From NCBI RefSeq assembly GCF_963921235.1, contig NC_086097.1, forward strand, positions 10,354,001 to 10,418,000: a stretch of DNA of 64,000 nt. The letters run 5' to 3'. Positions within the stretch are counted from its first letter, which is position 1, and each line of letters begins with the position of its first letter. The DNA comes from Mobula hypostoma (Eukaryota). Below, piece after piece: positions 34,186 through 47,460 of this stretch. The notes beneath the pieces are model-generated. The model did not search any database. It was given only the letters and a program-made list of their open reading frames with translations, and had not been told where the DNA came from. Made by a program: the position numbers and the translations under genes.

Positions 34186-36040
34186 AAGGTTTGGAGGCAT
34201 GTGTTCCTCAGTAACCCAGACAGCCATGTTGGCTGGAGTCAGGGCTTTGTGCTTTGGCTCTTGGTGGGGTCATCCTGGCCAAACAGGTCAAATGTTAGAG
34301 GCCAGGCCAAGGGTGGTTCACCGTTCCTCTAGGTTCAGAGGTTCTGCTCATGGCTAACATAGAAACATAGAAACATAGAAAATAGGTGCAGGAGTAGGCC
34401 ATTCGGCCCTTCGAGCCTGCACCGCCATTTATTATGATCATGGCTGATCATCCAACTCAGAACCCCACCCCAGCCTTCCCTCCATACCCCCTGACCCCTG
34501 TAGCCACAAGGGCCATATCTAACTCCCTCTTAAACATAGCCAATGAACTGGCCTCAACAGTTTCCTGTGGCAGAGAATTCCACAGATTCACCACTCTCTG
34601 TGTGAAGAAGTTCTTCCTAATCTCGGTCCTAAAAGGCTTCCCCTCTATCCTCAAACTGTGAACTCCCGTTCTGGACCTCCCCAACATCAGGAACAATCTT
34701 CCTGCATCTAGCCTGTCCAATCCCTTTAGGATCTTATACGTTTCAATCAGATCCCCCCTCAATCTTCTAAATTCCAATGAGTACAAGCTCAGTTCATCCA
34801 GTCTTTCTTCATATGAAAGACCTGCCATCCCAGGAATCAATCTGGTGAACCTTCTTTGTACTCCCTCTATGGCAAAGATGTCTTTCCTCAGATTAGGGGA
34901 CCAAAACTGCACACAATACTCCAGGTGTGGTCTCACCAAGGCCTTGTACAACTGCAGTAGTACCTCCCTGCTCCTGTACTCGAATCCTCTCGCTATAAAT
35001 GCCAGCATACCATTCGCCTTTTTCACCGCCTGCTGTACCTGCATGCCCACTTTCAATGACTGGTGTATAATGACACCCAGGTCTCGTTGCACCTCCCCGT
35101 TTCCTAATCAGCCACCATTCAGATAATAATCTGTTTTCCTATTTTTGCCACCAAAGTGGATAACTTCACATTTATCCACATTAAATTGCATCTGCCATGA
35201 GTTTGCTCACTCACCCAACCTATCCAAGTCACCCTGCATCCTCTTAGCATCCTCCTCACTGCTAACACTGCCACCCAGCTTCGTGTCATCCGCAAACTTG
35301 GAGATGCTGCATTTAATTCCCTCATCCAAGTCAGTAATATATATTGTAAACAACTGGGGTCCCAGCACTGAGCCTTGCGGTACCCCACTAGTTACCGCCT
35401 GCCATTCTGAAAAGGTCCCGTTTATTCCCACTCTTTGCTTCCTGTCTGCTAACCAATTCTCCACCCACGCCAATACCTTACCCCCAATACCGTGTGCTTT
35501 AAGTTTCCACACTAATCTCCTGTGTGGGACCTTGTCAAAAGCCTTTTGAAAATCCAAATATACTACATCCACTGGTTCTCCCCTATCCACTCTACTAGTT
35601 ACATCCTCAAAAAATTCTATGAGATTCGTCAGACATGATTTTCCTTTCACAAATCCATGCTGACTTTGTCCGATCATTTCACCGCTTTCCAAATGTGCTG
35701 TTATCACATCCTTGATAACTGACTCCAGCAGTTTCCCCACCACCGACGTTAGGCTAACCGGCCTATAATTCCCCGGTTTCTCTCTCCCTCCTTTTTTAAA
35801 AAGTGGGGTTACATTAGCCACCCTCCAATCCTCAGGAACTAGTCCAGAATCTAACGAGTTTTGAAAAATTATCACTAATGCATCCACTATTTCTTGGGCT
35901 ACTTCCTTAAGCACTCTTGGATACAGACCTGACTGGTCAAAGAAAAGGTTATGGAAACAGTAATGAAGATTACCTCTATATGGACAGACAGAGATGGAGG
36001 ACCTTCATTGCTGCCCTAAATGCCAGTGGCATAAAAGGCA
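34186..36040 (+). mobile_element. RTE-derived bipartite element split by CR1 (34186-34355 and 35925-36040)
   Basis: Halves join as 'ggctaac|agacctgactggt', matching 7915-7940 and 45995-46015. Confidence 0.7.
34356..35924 (-). mobile_element. Young 5'-truncated CR1 LINE, near-identical to 28046-29518
   Basis: ORFs 35207-35914 and 34457-35092 are in one frame, broken by premature stops. Confidence 0.95.
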
Positions 36041-36399
36041 TTTTAAAAAATAAGCGATGACTCAGTAGTATTTAAAGTTCGAAGTTCAAAAATTACTTAC
36101 AACAAGCAATGGCACAGTACTGTAGCATTTAGTGTTACAAGTACCAGGGACTCGGGTTCAATTCTTCCACTCTCTATAAGGAGCTTGGACTTTCCCCCTG
36201 TGACTGCAGAGGTTTCCTCTAGGTGCTCCGGTTTCTTCCCACATTGCAAAGACATAGAGGTTAGTAGGTTGATTGGTCACATGTATGTAATTGGCTGGCC
36301 TGGGTTCGTTGAGCCACAAGGGCCTGTTCGTTATCGTGCTGTATCTCTAAATCTAAATATGTGACCAATGATTGAGAATCAATCCAATAGGGCAGTGCC

Positions 36400-37230
36400 T
36401 TCAGTAACGAGGACTGCTGTTAAATAAATTGAGCTGGCGTTACTGAATCGGACACATAGCTCCTGGTGGAAATGGGAAAATGCCAAGCTATAATGATAAA
36501 TAGGCGCAGAAAGTTTTAACACAATTTGCAATTAAGCCGCTAAATTAAGACAGCGACACGTGCATTTTTTTGTGATTTATTAAATTGGCAAAGGCTCGTA
36601 CAGCTGCCGCAACAGCTGCAGATGAAGCATTTTCACTGTCTCTGCCTTCTCCGAGAGGCTAGTGGGATTCCACTCTGACAGAGGCAGGCACATCTGGTGT
36701 AGAAGCGAAAACTGACCATGCATAGCTTGTTGGCATCTGGTGTGTGCTACACAGGTGATAGTTCAATCATTTATTTAAGGAAATGATGCAGGCGGCCAAG
36801 TCTGCTCATTGATATTAAAATTCATCTGAAATTAAGACTCAATCCTGTAGGAGGTTTGGATGCAAAATGAGCTAATTGCGTTTGACCCTGGTTGGCAGAT
36901 ACTTGAGTGATTATATTTTGCATAACACACATTCTGAATATTTATAGCTGTGGTCTTTGTGATTCATGCATTATGCTCATCTACATGGATAGAGAAAAAT
37001 CTACTTAGAACAAGTCATCCTCCCATAGATTTCCAAATTTTGTATATATATATATTCCTTCTTTAAAATTTTCCTCTGTAATTTCGGTTGGCTTCATTTA
37101 ATCAGAATCAGGTCTGCCTCTGTGGCGATTTTAAACGCTGCTCTGCCCATTGCACACTAATCACCGTAGATCTGCTTAATTCACTGGAGAAAACACTGCA
37201 AGAATTGTGTTACAATGTATACCCAGCTGA
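36400..37230. promoter_or_regulatory. Candidate enhancer / conserved non-coding element
   Basis: No recognisable TE; clustered E-boxes and homeodomain motifs. Motif-based inference only. Confidence 0.35.
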
Positions 37231-37744
37231 AATGAAGTTGTAGCCAGTGGCTCTAAAGGAACTTGTTCATTCGTTATGTGTGTTGACGAGGGCGATCATA
37301 GTCATAATTCTATGCTGTACTTTTCTGTGACTCTATAGGGAGCAGGCCATTTAAATAGCTTAGTACAGACTAGATGGGCTCATTGGCCTATTTCTGTGTT
37401 GTACTTTTCATTGACTCTATGATCACTCTTGGCAATTTTTTCTACAGAACTGGTTTGCCATTGCTTTCTTCTGAGCAGTGCCTTTACCAGACAGATGACC
37501 CCAGCCATTATCAATTTTCTTCAGAGATTGTCTGCCTGACAACAGTTGTCGCATAACCAGGACTTGTGACGTGCACCAGCTGCTCATGCAACCATCCACC
37601 ACCCGCTCCCTGATTTGGGGGGTAGTGGGTTTCTAGCAGAGGGAAGGAGCGCTTTACACCTCACCCCTCCACCCTACTAAAGGGAACTACTATATCCCAT
37701 ATCTTCTAAAATGGTTCGAATATGTCCTATGAACGCTGGAATTA

Positions 37745-38195
37745 GACTGCAAGACCATAAGACATAGCACCAACTCACCTCCCCCCCACAACCCTCATTC
37801 TTCTAAATTCCATTGAGTGCAGGCCGAAGCCATTGAATGCTCCTCATGTGTTAAGCCTTTCATTCCTGGAATCATTCTCGCAAACTTCCTCTGGACCTTC
37901 TCCAATGCTATCATCTCTTCTGCCTCCCTCCCTTCTGAAAGAGTGGAATGACATTTGCAATTTTCAAGTCCTCCAGAACCTAGTGAATCTTGAAAGGTCA
38001 TTACTAATGCCTCCACAATCTCTTTAGCTACCTGCTTCAGAACCCTGGGGTGTACCCCATGTGGTCCAGATGACCTAGGTAATTTCAGTTCTTTCAGCTT
38101 CCGTAGCACGTTCTCTTTAGTAATAGCAATAACACTGACTTTCGTCCACTCACACTCTTGGATTTCTGGCACACTGCTAACGTCTTCCACAGTGA
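37745..38195 (-). mobile_element. Internally deleted CR1 fragment
   Basis: GPHGVHPRVLKQVA joined to RKFARMIPGMKGL. Confidence 0.8.
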
Positions 38196-38555
38196 ACTTC
38201 TCATATATCTGCTTTCAATCCATTGGCTGAAAAGAGCCTGCCAGCTGTGTAAGCTCTGAATAATTTTAATGATTTTAGCATCCCAGTCACTGAGGGTCAT
38301 GAAGAATAGTCACAGTCTTCTCCAGATATGCAGTGGAGAGCATCCTAACATGCTGTATCACTGTGTGGTACAGAAACTGCACTGCAGTTAACAGAAGGTC
38401 TCTCAAACCAGTAGTTAAAACAGCCCAAAGTATCTTCAGTACCAGCTATCAAGGAAAAATAAACAGAAATGTGCCAGAAAATATTCAAGTTCAAGTTTAA
38501 TTGCCCTTAATCATATGTGAATACCCATGAATACTGCCAAACCAAATGATGTTAC

Positions 38556-39666
38556 TGTCATGGTCCGATCCGTGGGGTCCATGTTCCGGTTCACGGTCCG
38601 GTCTGTGGTTCCTTGTTCCAGGGTTTTTGGTTTTCCCCAGTTTCTGTTGTAGGCACATGATTCTCGTTTTGGGGCTGACACATAAATACCTCTGCAAAGC
38701 AGGGATTCCCTGCTGGACTGTTCTGTTCCCTTCCCTGTCTTTTACCCCTCGCCTGACTCTCTGCCTGGATACCTCATTTGTATACCCTGCCTGTATCGCT
38801 GAAGTTTTACTGCTGGAGCAAGACCAGAGCCTTGTTAGGTCAAGATAAGGAACTGTCTTTCGTTGTGTGGAATTGTCTCTCTGTGTCCATGCCTTCGCTA
38901 GGTAGGTCTGGCCGTTTACCGCTACCTAGTGTTGGGAACTGTCTCTGCGTCCTTGCCTTCGCTAGGTGGGTCCGGTTGTTTGCTGCCACCTTGTGTTGGG
39001 ATCTGTCTCTTTATGTTCAGCATTCTGTGTATGAGTCCCGGCCCCACGTCCTGTTCCCAAGGAGGGGTCCCGGCTCTGTGTTCTGTGTTCCCATCTCTTC
39101 TAGTCCAAGGCTCCGTGCTCCTGAAGGCCCTTGTCCAGTCCGTGCCTAGCCCAGTCCTATCTGAGTCCTGTCCATGTGCCTTTACCTGTCCTTGCGTCTC
39201 GCCCTACCCAGGAGTTCCTCACCCAAGCCATGTCCAGTCCTGCAGCCTCGTCTTGTGTCCTCGCCTAGTTCTGGAGTCCAAGCCCGAGTCAAGTCCCAGG
39301 CTCGGGGTCTTGCCCAGACTCTGGCTTGGAGTCCATACCCAAGCCTCAAAGTACCCTAGACCCCAAGCCTATCCTCAAGCCTCAAGACCTAAAGCCTGTC
39401 TCCAAGCCTCAAGCCTCTAGACCCCAGCCTCCAGTCCTGCAGTCATGTCATATCCTTTCTTGGTTCTGGGGCCTGAGCCCAAGACAAGACCCAGGTTCTG
39501 GGTCCTTGTCCAGTCTCTGGCTCGGGGTCCAAGCCCAAGTCTGCGTTCTTGTCCCTGCTCCTTGTCTGTATCCTGTCACGTCCCTACTCCGGTCAAGTCC
39601 TGTTCCTAGTACTTCAGTGTCTGTGTCTTGCATTTGTGTCCAACTACCAGAGCCCCCTTTGTGACA
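38556..39666 (+). mobile_element. Solo LTR (1111 bp; Gypsy/BEL-like)
   Basis: TGTCA...TGACA termini; perfect 5-bp TSD gttac (38551-38555, 39667-39671). Strand is tentative. Confidence 0.85.
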
Positions 39667-39984
39667 GTTACTCTGGGACCAAGGTGCAAAACAAGTACCA
39701 ACAGTCACACACAACACAATGTACATATAAAATACAGTTAAACAAAAAAAAACCAAGCCACTGAGCATATGAATGTTTGCAGTAAAACACAATACAGCTT
39801 GTCTTCTGCTGAATGAAGACTGGGGACAGCACTGACTCCAGCTTGGACATCGCCCCACGCTGGCTCGAGTGGAGCACACCGACTCAGACACCTGTGGGCT
39901 GCTGTAAATAGGCAAACAGGCAACTTGAGGCCTGGTCCTCACTCATACTAAGGTACACAGCTCCCTCACCTTTCACCAACTGCA

Positions 39985-41180
39985 ATTGTGAAGAAAGCAC
40001 AGCAGCACCACGTCTTCCTTGGGAGCCTGCAAAGGTTCAGCATGACATCAAAAACTTCGACAATCTCCTACAGAGGTGTAGTGGAGAGTGTCTTGACCGC
40101 TACTGGACGATGCTGAGGATGTTCTACGACTCTGTGGTGGCCAGTGCTATCATGTTTGCTGTTGTGTACTAGGGCAGCAGGCTGAGGGTAGCAGACACCA
40201 ACAGAATCAACTAACTCATTCGTAAGGCCAGTGATGTTGTGGGGATGGAACTGGACTCTCTGACGCTGGTGTCTGAAAAGAGGATGCTGTCCAAGTTGCA
40301 TGCCATCTTGGACAATGTCTCCCATCCACTACATAATGTACTGGGTGGGCACAGGAGTACATTCAGCCAGAGACTCATTCCACTGAGATGCAACACAGAG
40401 CGTCATAGGAAGTCATTCCTGCCTGTGGCCATCAAACTTTACAACTCCTCCTTGGAGGGTCAGACACCCTGAGCCGATAGGCTGGTCCTGGACTTAGTTC
40501 ATAATTTACTGGCATAATTTACATATTACTATTTATGGTTCTATGACTATTTATTATTTATGGTGCAAAACTAATTTCCCCCTGGGATCAATAAAGTATG
40601 ACTATGACTATGACTAGATCACGGCATGGTATGGAATCACCAATACCTTTGAATGGAAAATCCTACAAAGTGTAGTGGATTCAGCCCAGTACATCACAAA
40701 TAAAACCCTCCCAAACATTGTGCACCTCTACATGAAACACTGTCATAAGAAACCAGCATCCATCATCAGAGATCCTCACCAGCCAGGCCATGCTGTTTTC
40801 TCACTGCTGCCATCAGGTAGAAGGTACAAGAACATCAGGACTCACACCACCAGGTTCAAGAACAGTTATTACTCCTCAACCATCAGGCTCTTGAACAAAA
40901 GGGGATAACTACACTCACTTGCCTATTCATTGAGATGTTCCCACAACCAAATATTTCATTTTAAGGACACTTTATGGTGCTATTTCATGTTCTTATTACT
41001 TATTGCTACTTGTATTTGCTTTTGCAAAGTTTGTTGTCTTCTGCACTCCGATTGATCTTTCACTGAATCTCATTATAGTCACTATCCTATTGATTTGTTG
41101 AGTATGCCCGCAGGAAAAAGAATTTCAAGGTTGTATGTGGTATTAAAATTTACTTTGAACCTTGTACTTTTGAACTTTGA
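39985..41180 (+). mobile_element. Rex/Babar 3' fragment interrupted by a 3' piece (about 40100-40616) of the 8721-10062 family
   Basis: 40104-40616 is nearly identical to 9550-10062; (gactat)n tail. Confidence 0.85.
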
Positions 41181-42172
41181 ATAAATCAGTGAATTGGACT
41201 AACAGCATTCCATATTAATAATGTTCAACGTGGTATTGCATTCACAAGAAAGGTGATGAACACAATCAGACGCTATTACACCTCACGCTGGCTTCGCGCC
41301 CTGACTCTTCCAATGCCTCTCGGATTCAGGCAGTCCACTCCTTCAGCTCAACTGAGTGATGGGGCAGACCTGCAGTACTTCAAGTTCTTGATGTCCAGCA
41401 GGGTCTTGCAATCATAAAAAAATGTTTATATATAAAGACAATAACGTCTTTTGTTGACCTTATAGAAGCGCTGGAAAATGTTCCAGGAAAAAGCCAATAA
41501 TACCATGAAGGATCCCACCCACCATTCTCATGGACTGTTCGTCCCACTCCCATCAGGGAAGAGGCCTCATAATATCCTCACCAGGACCACACACTCAAAA
41601 ACAGTTACTTCACCCAAGGTGTCAGACTGATCAACAACTTCAGAGTTAACCCACCACACCACATCCCCCCAGCACTACCTCATCATTGCCTGTCAGAGTC
41701 ACTGTATATACAGATACTCCTGTACCTACAATCTCTTTATGTACAGTATACAGTACTTTATGTTTAATGTGTTTTTTTCATTTTTCTTCAAATCCAGAAT
41801 AATAATCATTTAGTTCTCCTTTACACCTGTGTACTGAAGACTAACAGTAAGCCATCTTGAATCGTGAATCTTGGAAGTCCTTCAAGGTGAGTTGATTTCA
41901 CTCTCATTCTTCAGCTTCTGAGCTGACTGATGAGGCTCTGTTCTGAGATTCAGGGATACAGGACAGCACCAGGCCCTTCCGGCCTAACGAGCCCATGTTG
42001 CCCGATTACAGAAATAATCAATTAACCTACTAACCTGCGCATCTTGGGAATGTGGGAGGACACAGAAGCACCCAGAGGAAACCCATACAGTCATGTGGAG
42101 AACATGCAAACCCCTTACAAATGGTACTGGAATTTAACCCATGTTGTTGATGTTGTAACAGTATTATGCTAA

Positions 42173-42530
42173 CCATAAGACCATTAGATATAGGAACAAA
42201 ATAAGGTCTTTGGCCCATCAAGTCTACTCCACTATTTCATCACATCCGATCTATTTTCTCTCAGCTCCAATCTTCTGACTTCTCCCTGTATCTCTTCATG
42301 TCCTGATTCATTAACAACCTAGCAATCTCTGCCATAAATATACCCAATGACTTGGCTTCCACAGCCACATGTGGCAATAAATTCCACAGGTTAACCACTC
42401 TGTGGCTAAAGTAGCCACTGCTTATCTCCGTTCTAAAAAGACACCCCTCTATTCTGAGGCTGTGTCCTTTGATCTTAGATCCCCCACTGGAGGAAACATC
42501 CTCTCCACATCCACTCTGCAAGCCTCTATG
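42173..42530 (-). mobile_element. CR1 3' fragment
   Basis: GHSLRIEG and RVVNLWNLLP motifs. Confidence 0.8.
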
Positions 42531-43703
42531 CCACCGAATTGTAGGAGGTCTTAATGCTCCTGTGTACTCCCAGTGACACAAAAGTAAAGAGCGCTGTTCT
42601 GTGTCTCCAAATGAAAAACAGGAAACATGATGGGGAAGGACTAGGCATTTGCCCAAATCGGTTATGAAGTGTTCTCCTTGAAGCCAACATATTCTTTCCT
42701 GAATGAAGAATCCATTTGCTGTTGCATTCACCGAGACAGAGTCAGTGGTCTGAAACTTATTTAGAAATTGTTCTAATGTGAAAGAAGTGGACTGCTTGCC
42801 CACATAGACCTTGAAATTATATTGCGAAAAGATAGCTTCGCCATGCTCATATACTTCAAAATTCCATTCACCAAGCATGTGAGGAATTTTAAAAATATAA
42901 TAATTGCATTACTATGCTATTGTTCCACATCATAATTTGAAGTCTGCAATAGTTTTAAGAGTTTAAATTTTAATACATAGCCATTGTCCTTGTTGCCCAG
43001 CACAAATTCCATTCCCTTGCAACAGATTCAATTATCCTCACAGATTGCTGATTCATACCGAAATGAACAGATATTTAACCTTGAGTTAAGCCTCTGGCAC
43101 CATAACTCTCAGTCTCAATGAATGCTAACTTTCTCTTCTTTCTCTCTATCCAAAATCCCCATCCATCTTTTCAATTAACTCTGGCTTTGATGATTCAAAT
43201 TCTCTCCTGTCCAGTTTTCCATCTTCTCACCTCGGTGAGCTTTCCCAAAACTCCACTCTCCATATCACTCATTTGCCAGTCAATGGCTACTCCTCACACT
43301 TCACTTGCTGAACTATCTACTGTAGATGCATTATTGTTAGAGCATTCAAACTTGCATTCTGCAGGCTTGCCTCTTCTGTGAAGAATTACACTCTTCAAAC
43401 TCTAAACTCAGATGCATTCCTAATTTCAATCCATTTCCCATTTCACATCTGCAAACCTTCTGCCTTTCGATCCCCTCTTCCTTGTCGATCCTTCAAGACA
43501 AACATTATGTAAATGAAGTTGGGAAGCCCTGATTCTAGGGATTGTAGCACTGATGAAACCATAGCAGACTCTCTGAAATGGATTGAGTGTTATCAAAACA
43601 CATGCCAGTCCCTGGATGAGCTGTCAGGTAAGTACTTTAGCGCCTGAGCATGGTCACTTTGACATCTCCCACCTGCTCCCACCAGCTACTGGGCACGCTG
43701 GTA

Positions 43704-44433
43704 TTTCAAAGGTTTCAAAGGTACATTTAATGTCAGAGAAGTGTATACAATATACATCCTGAAATGCTTTTTCTTCACAAGCATCCATGAAAATAGAGAC
43801 GTGCTCCCAAAGAGTGAATGACAGTTAAATGTTAGAACCCCAAAGTCCCCCTAGCTCCCCCCCCCATGTGTAAGCGGCAGCAAGCAACAGCAAAGACACA
43901 GACTTGCAGTACCCCAAAGACTACTCATTCACCCGGTATTTGACATACCACAGACTCTCTTTCTCTCCCCCTAATAAAGGAGAAAGAGGTATCTCCGTTT
44001 CACAGTGAGAGGGGAGACAGAACAATCAACTCAATAATTTATGTTGTTATAAGTCCGTTGTGTTGCTTTTTCCGAGCTCTGTGCCCAAAGATTTCGGGTC
44101 TCTGCGTACACAGCCAGAGATCTTCTGACTCCCATGACACACCGATTTCCTGCCAGGACACCGACCTTTGATCCACCTGTCACCAGAGTCATGAGATCCT
44201 GGGCCTCCAAAGGCGAGCTAAGCTCCTAGGCCGCATCCTTGGCATACCGAATAATGGCCAGTAGTGGAACCCCGAGAGCGGGTTCCATCCCCACAAAGAA
44301 CCAAAGTCAGCGTGTAACTCCAAGTCAGGGTCTTCAAAAGAACCCTGAATGGGAAAAATAGAGATATTGAAGATGGAAATAGAGCTGTTTCCGAAGGTGC
44401 AAGCAAAGGAGTCCCCATTTAGTGCCATCATGA
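43704..44433 (-). mobile_element. Non-autonomous retroposon with Rex/L2-like tail
   Basis: Minus-strand start atgatggcactaaat; tail taaatgtacctttgaaacctttgaaa. Confidence 0.6.
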
Positions 44434-45644
44434 CTAAGATTCCATTCCAGAATTACCATTCCAGGACATTAACTTTGTTGTTTTTAAGCTATTCATGTTT
44501 AGCTTTGGCTTTATACTTGGGGTTGTTGTCTTGCTGGAAAACAAATCTCCCAAGTACCAGTTTTCTTGCCGATTGCATCGCATTTTCCTCCAGGATTTCC
44601 CTGTATTTTGCTTCATTCATTTTACCCTCTACTTTCACAAACCTTCCAGGGCCTGCTGCAGTGAAGCATCCCCACAGCATGATGCAGCCAGTGCCATGCT
44701 TCACGATAGGGACACTGTGTTTTTGATGATGTGCGGTGTTTGGCCTACATCAAACATAGCATTTAGTCCGATGGCAAATAATTTCAATTTTGCTTTCATC
44801 AGACCATAGGACCTTCTGGCTGACTTCAGAATCTCCAACATGCCTTTTGGCAAACTCTAGCCAAGATTTCATGTGAGTTATTTTCAACAGTGGCTTTCTC
44901 TTTACCAGTTTCCCATGAAGATATAACTGGTGAAGCACCCAGACAACAGTTGTTGTAGGTGCACTCTCTCCCATCTCAGCCACAGAAGCTCGTAGCCTCT
45001 CCAGTGTTGTCATAGGTCTCTTAGTGGTCTTCCTCATTAATCCCCATCTTGCACTGTCACTCAGTTTTTGAGGATAGCCTGTTCTAGGCAGATTTACAGC
45101 TGTGCTATGTTGTTTCCATTTTTTGATGATTCACTTAGCTGTACTCCAAGGGATAATTAGTGACTTGGAAATTTTCTTGTATCCATCTCCTGATTTGTGC
45201 TTTTCAATAACCTTTTCACAGAGTTGTTTGGAGTGTCCTTTTGTCTTCATGGTGTAGTTTTTGCCAGCATACTGACCCACCAACAGTTGGACCTTCCTGA
45301 TACAGGGGTATTTTTACTACAATCAGTAGAAACACCTTGACTGCACACAGGTCTCCAAAAACAGATCTCAATTTAACTAATTATGTAACTTCTAAAACCA
45401 ATTAACTGCACCAGTGATGATTTAGTCTGAAAGGGGTGAATACTTACACAATCAATTATTTTGTGTTTTATATTTGTAATTAATTTAAATAATTTTGTAG
45501 AGATTTGTTTTCACTTTGACACAAAAAGTCTTTATCCGTTGATCAGTGGCAAAAAGGCCAAATTAAATAGATTGTGATTCAATGTTGTAAAACAATAAAA
45601 CATGAAAACTTCCAGGGAGGGGTGAATACTTTTTATAGGCACTA
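44434..45644 (-). mobile_element. Tc1-family DNA transposon, 3'-truncated, with decayed DDE transposase
   Basis: VLWSDESKI, KHGTGCIMLWGCF and FQQDNNPK motifs; terminal repeat ggggtgaatactttttataggcacta followed by TA; inner direct repeat at about 45433. Confidence 0.9.
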
Positions 45645-45814
45645 TACATTAAAGAGCTGTATGCCACTCTGAGATACTAGGACCATGATCCTTGTGTAGT
45701 TCATATGTCTATGATCCTGATGCAGGTCAATGGAGGTAGGCAATTTAAATGGTTTCAGCACGGAATAGATGGATCAAAGGGCCTGTTTTGGTGCTGTACT
45801 TCTCTAAGAGGATC

Positions 45815-46188
45815 TCAACCTTGTCATTGGGTTTGAAAGCTTGCGTGCCTCCATGAGACTGAAGAGCTATGTTGGCTGCAATCAGGGTCTTGTGTGTTGG
45901 CTCTTGGTAGGATCACCTATACCAAATAGGTCAAAGAGTAGAGGCCAGACTAAGAGTGGTCTAACCATCCTCCAGGTTCTGCAATCCAGCTCAGAGTTAA
46001 CAATCCTAACTGGTCAAAGGAAAGTTGTTACTGAAACATCAGTGAAGAATCCTTCTCTATCTGTGTGACTGAGGAACCTGAACCACACCTGGAGCACAAT
46101 AGAGAAGATGGCCAAGGACACACAGGGATAGAGGAACTTCACTGCTGCCCTAATAGCTAGTGATATAATGGGCAGTAAGTAAGTAAGT
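45815..46188 (+). mobile_element. RTE-derived bipartite element
   Basis: RTE-like 5' UTR, then LNHTWSTIEKMAKD...RNFTAAL coding remnant, then (gtaa)n tail. Confidence 0.7.
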
Positions 46189-47084
46189 TCCTTATCAATG
46201 AACCTTTTCAAACCGCATCTCTTAGACAAATCTATCATCTATGTTTCCTAACTGTTCATTCTTTGCCTTAGTTTCTTTTCTTTTGTCTTCAAGGTCTCAG
46301 TAAATTTTTCTGATTGGAAGTTGCAATGTAAATGCAACACATTGAGCTGGTGACTTTAAGTTACCTGTAAGGTATTGTTAAAGTGTTCAAACAACCCTTC
46401 CCACTGCATTTGGCCAAGGATATGGGATTGGTTTTATTCCTGTCAAACTCGGACTTTTTTCCTTGCAGAGATAAGTGCTATTTTGAGTATTGTGAGCCTG
46501 CAGATACTTGTCCCACCTAGTTTTGTCCAAAATAACCCCTATTTCTTAAATTTAAAACATTACTTTCAAGCCTACTGCATTTCTCCTCCTCAGTGGTGGG
46601 GAGGGTTGATCAAAGTAAATGTTATTATCAAAATACATATATGTCAGCATATGCAACCCTGTCCGTGATGGAGCTGCATGAGTCTACAACCTCTGTAGCC
46701 TCTTGTGATCCTTTAAACTGAAGCTCCATGCCAGGCTTTGGATGCAACCAGCCAGAAAGTTCTCTGTTAGACACCCATGGAAATTTTCTAGACTTTTTGG
46801 TGACATATTGAATCTCTTCAAACTCCTAATGAAGTAAAATCACTGATACGTTGGGCCCAAGATGTTCCAAATCATCTCAGTTCCAAACTACTAGATCTGG
46901 GACATGAGTCCCAAAATTTCACTGATTTTGTTTCTGAGCAAGGTAAACTGCTCTCTCTTCATCAAGAAAAAAAAATAGAAACACTGAGATATATGAGTGG
47001 ACTGGGTTTGGTTAAAGAATGGTTTAAGATAATATTATTAGACCTGTCAATAGATCCTCAGTCACTTGAAGTTCTCTAAGTTGT

Positions 47085-47460
47085 TGGTTGAGGCCTAATT
47101 TGGAGTATTGTGCACAATTTTGGTCACTTACCTACAGGAAAGATGTAAATAAGCTTGAAAAAGTACAGACTACAACCAGAGGTCATGGATTAAGTGTGAA
47201 ACGTGAAAAGTTTAAGGGAACATGAGGGGAAGCCTCTTCATTCAGAGGATCATTACAGTGTGGAATGAGCTGCCAGCATAAGTGGTCCATGCAAGCTGGA
47301 TTTCATCACCTAACAGAAGTTTGGGTAGATATATGAATGGTAAGGCTTTGGAGGGCTATATGCTCGGTGCAGGTCAATGGAAGTAGGCAGTTTACATGGT
47401 TTTAGCATGGACTCAATGAGCCTAAATGCCTGCTTCTGTGCAATACTTTTCTATGAATTC
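47085..47460 (+). mobile_element. Degraded CR1 3' fragment
   Basis: RPNLEYCAQFWS motif and 3' UTR. Confidence 0.75.

Noticed and set aside
38546..39942. Cluster of overlapping 100-165-aa ORFs
   Set aside because: Low-complexity, stop-poor LTR sequence with no gag, pol or env motifs.
42261..42878. 205-aa minus-strand ORF
   Set aside because: Chance read-through from unique sequence into a CR1 3' fragment; no coherent domain.
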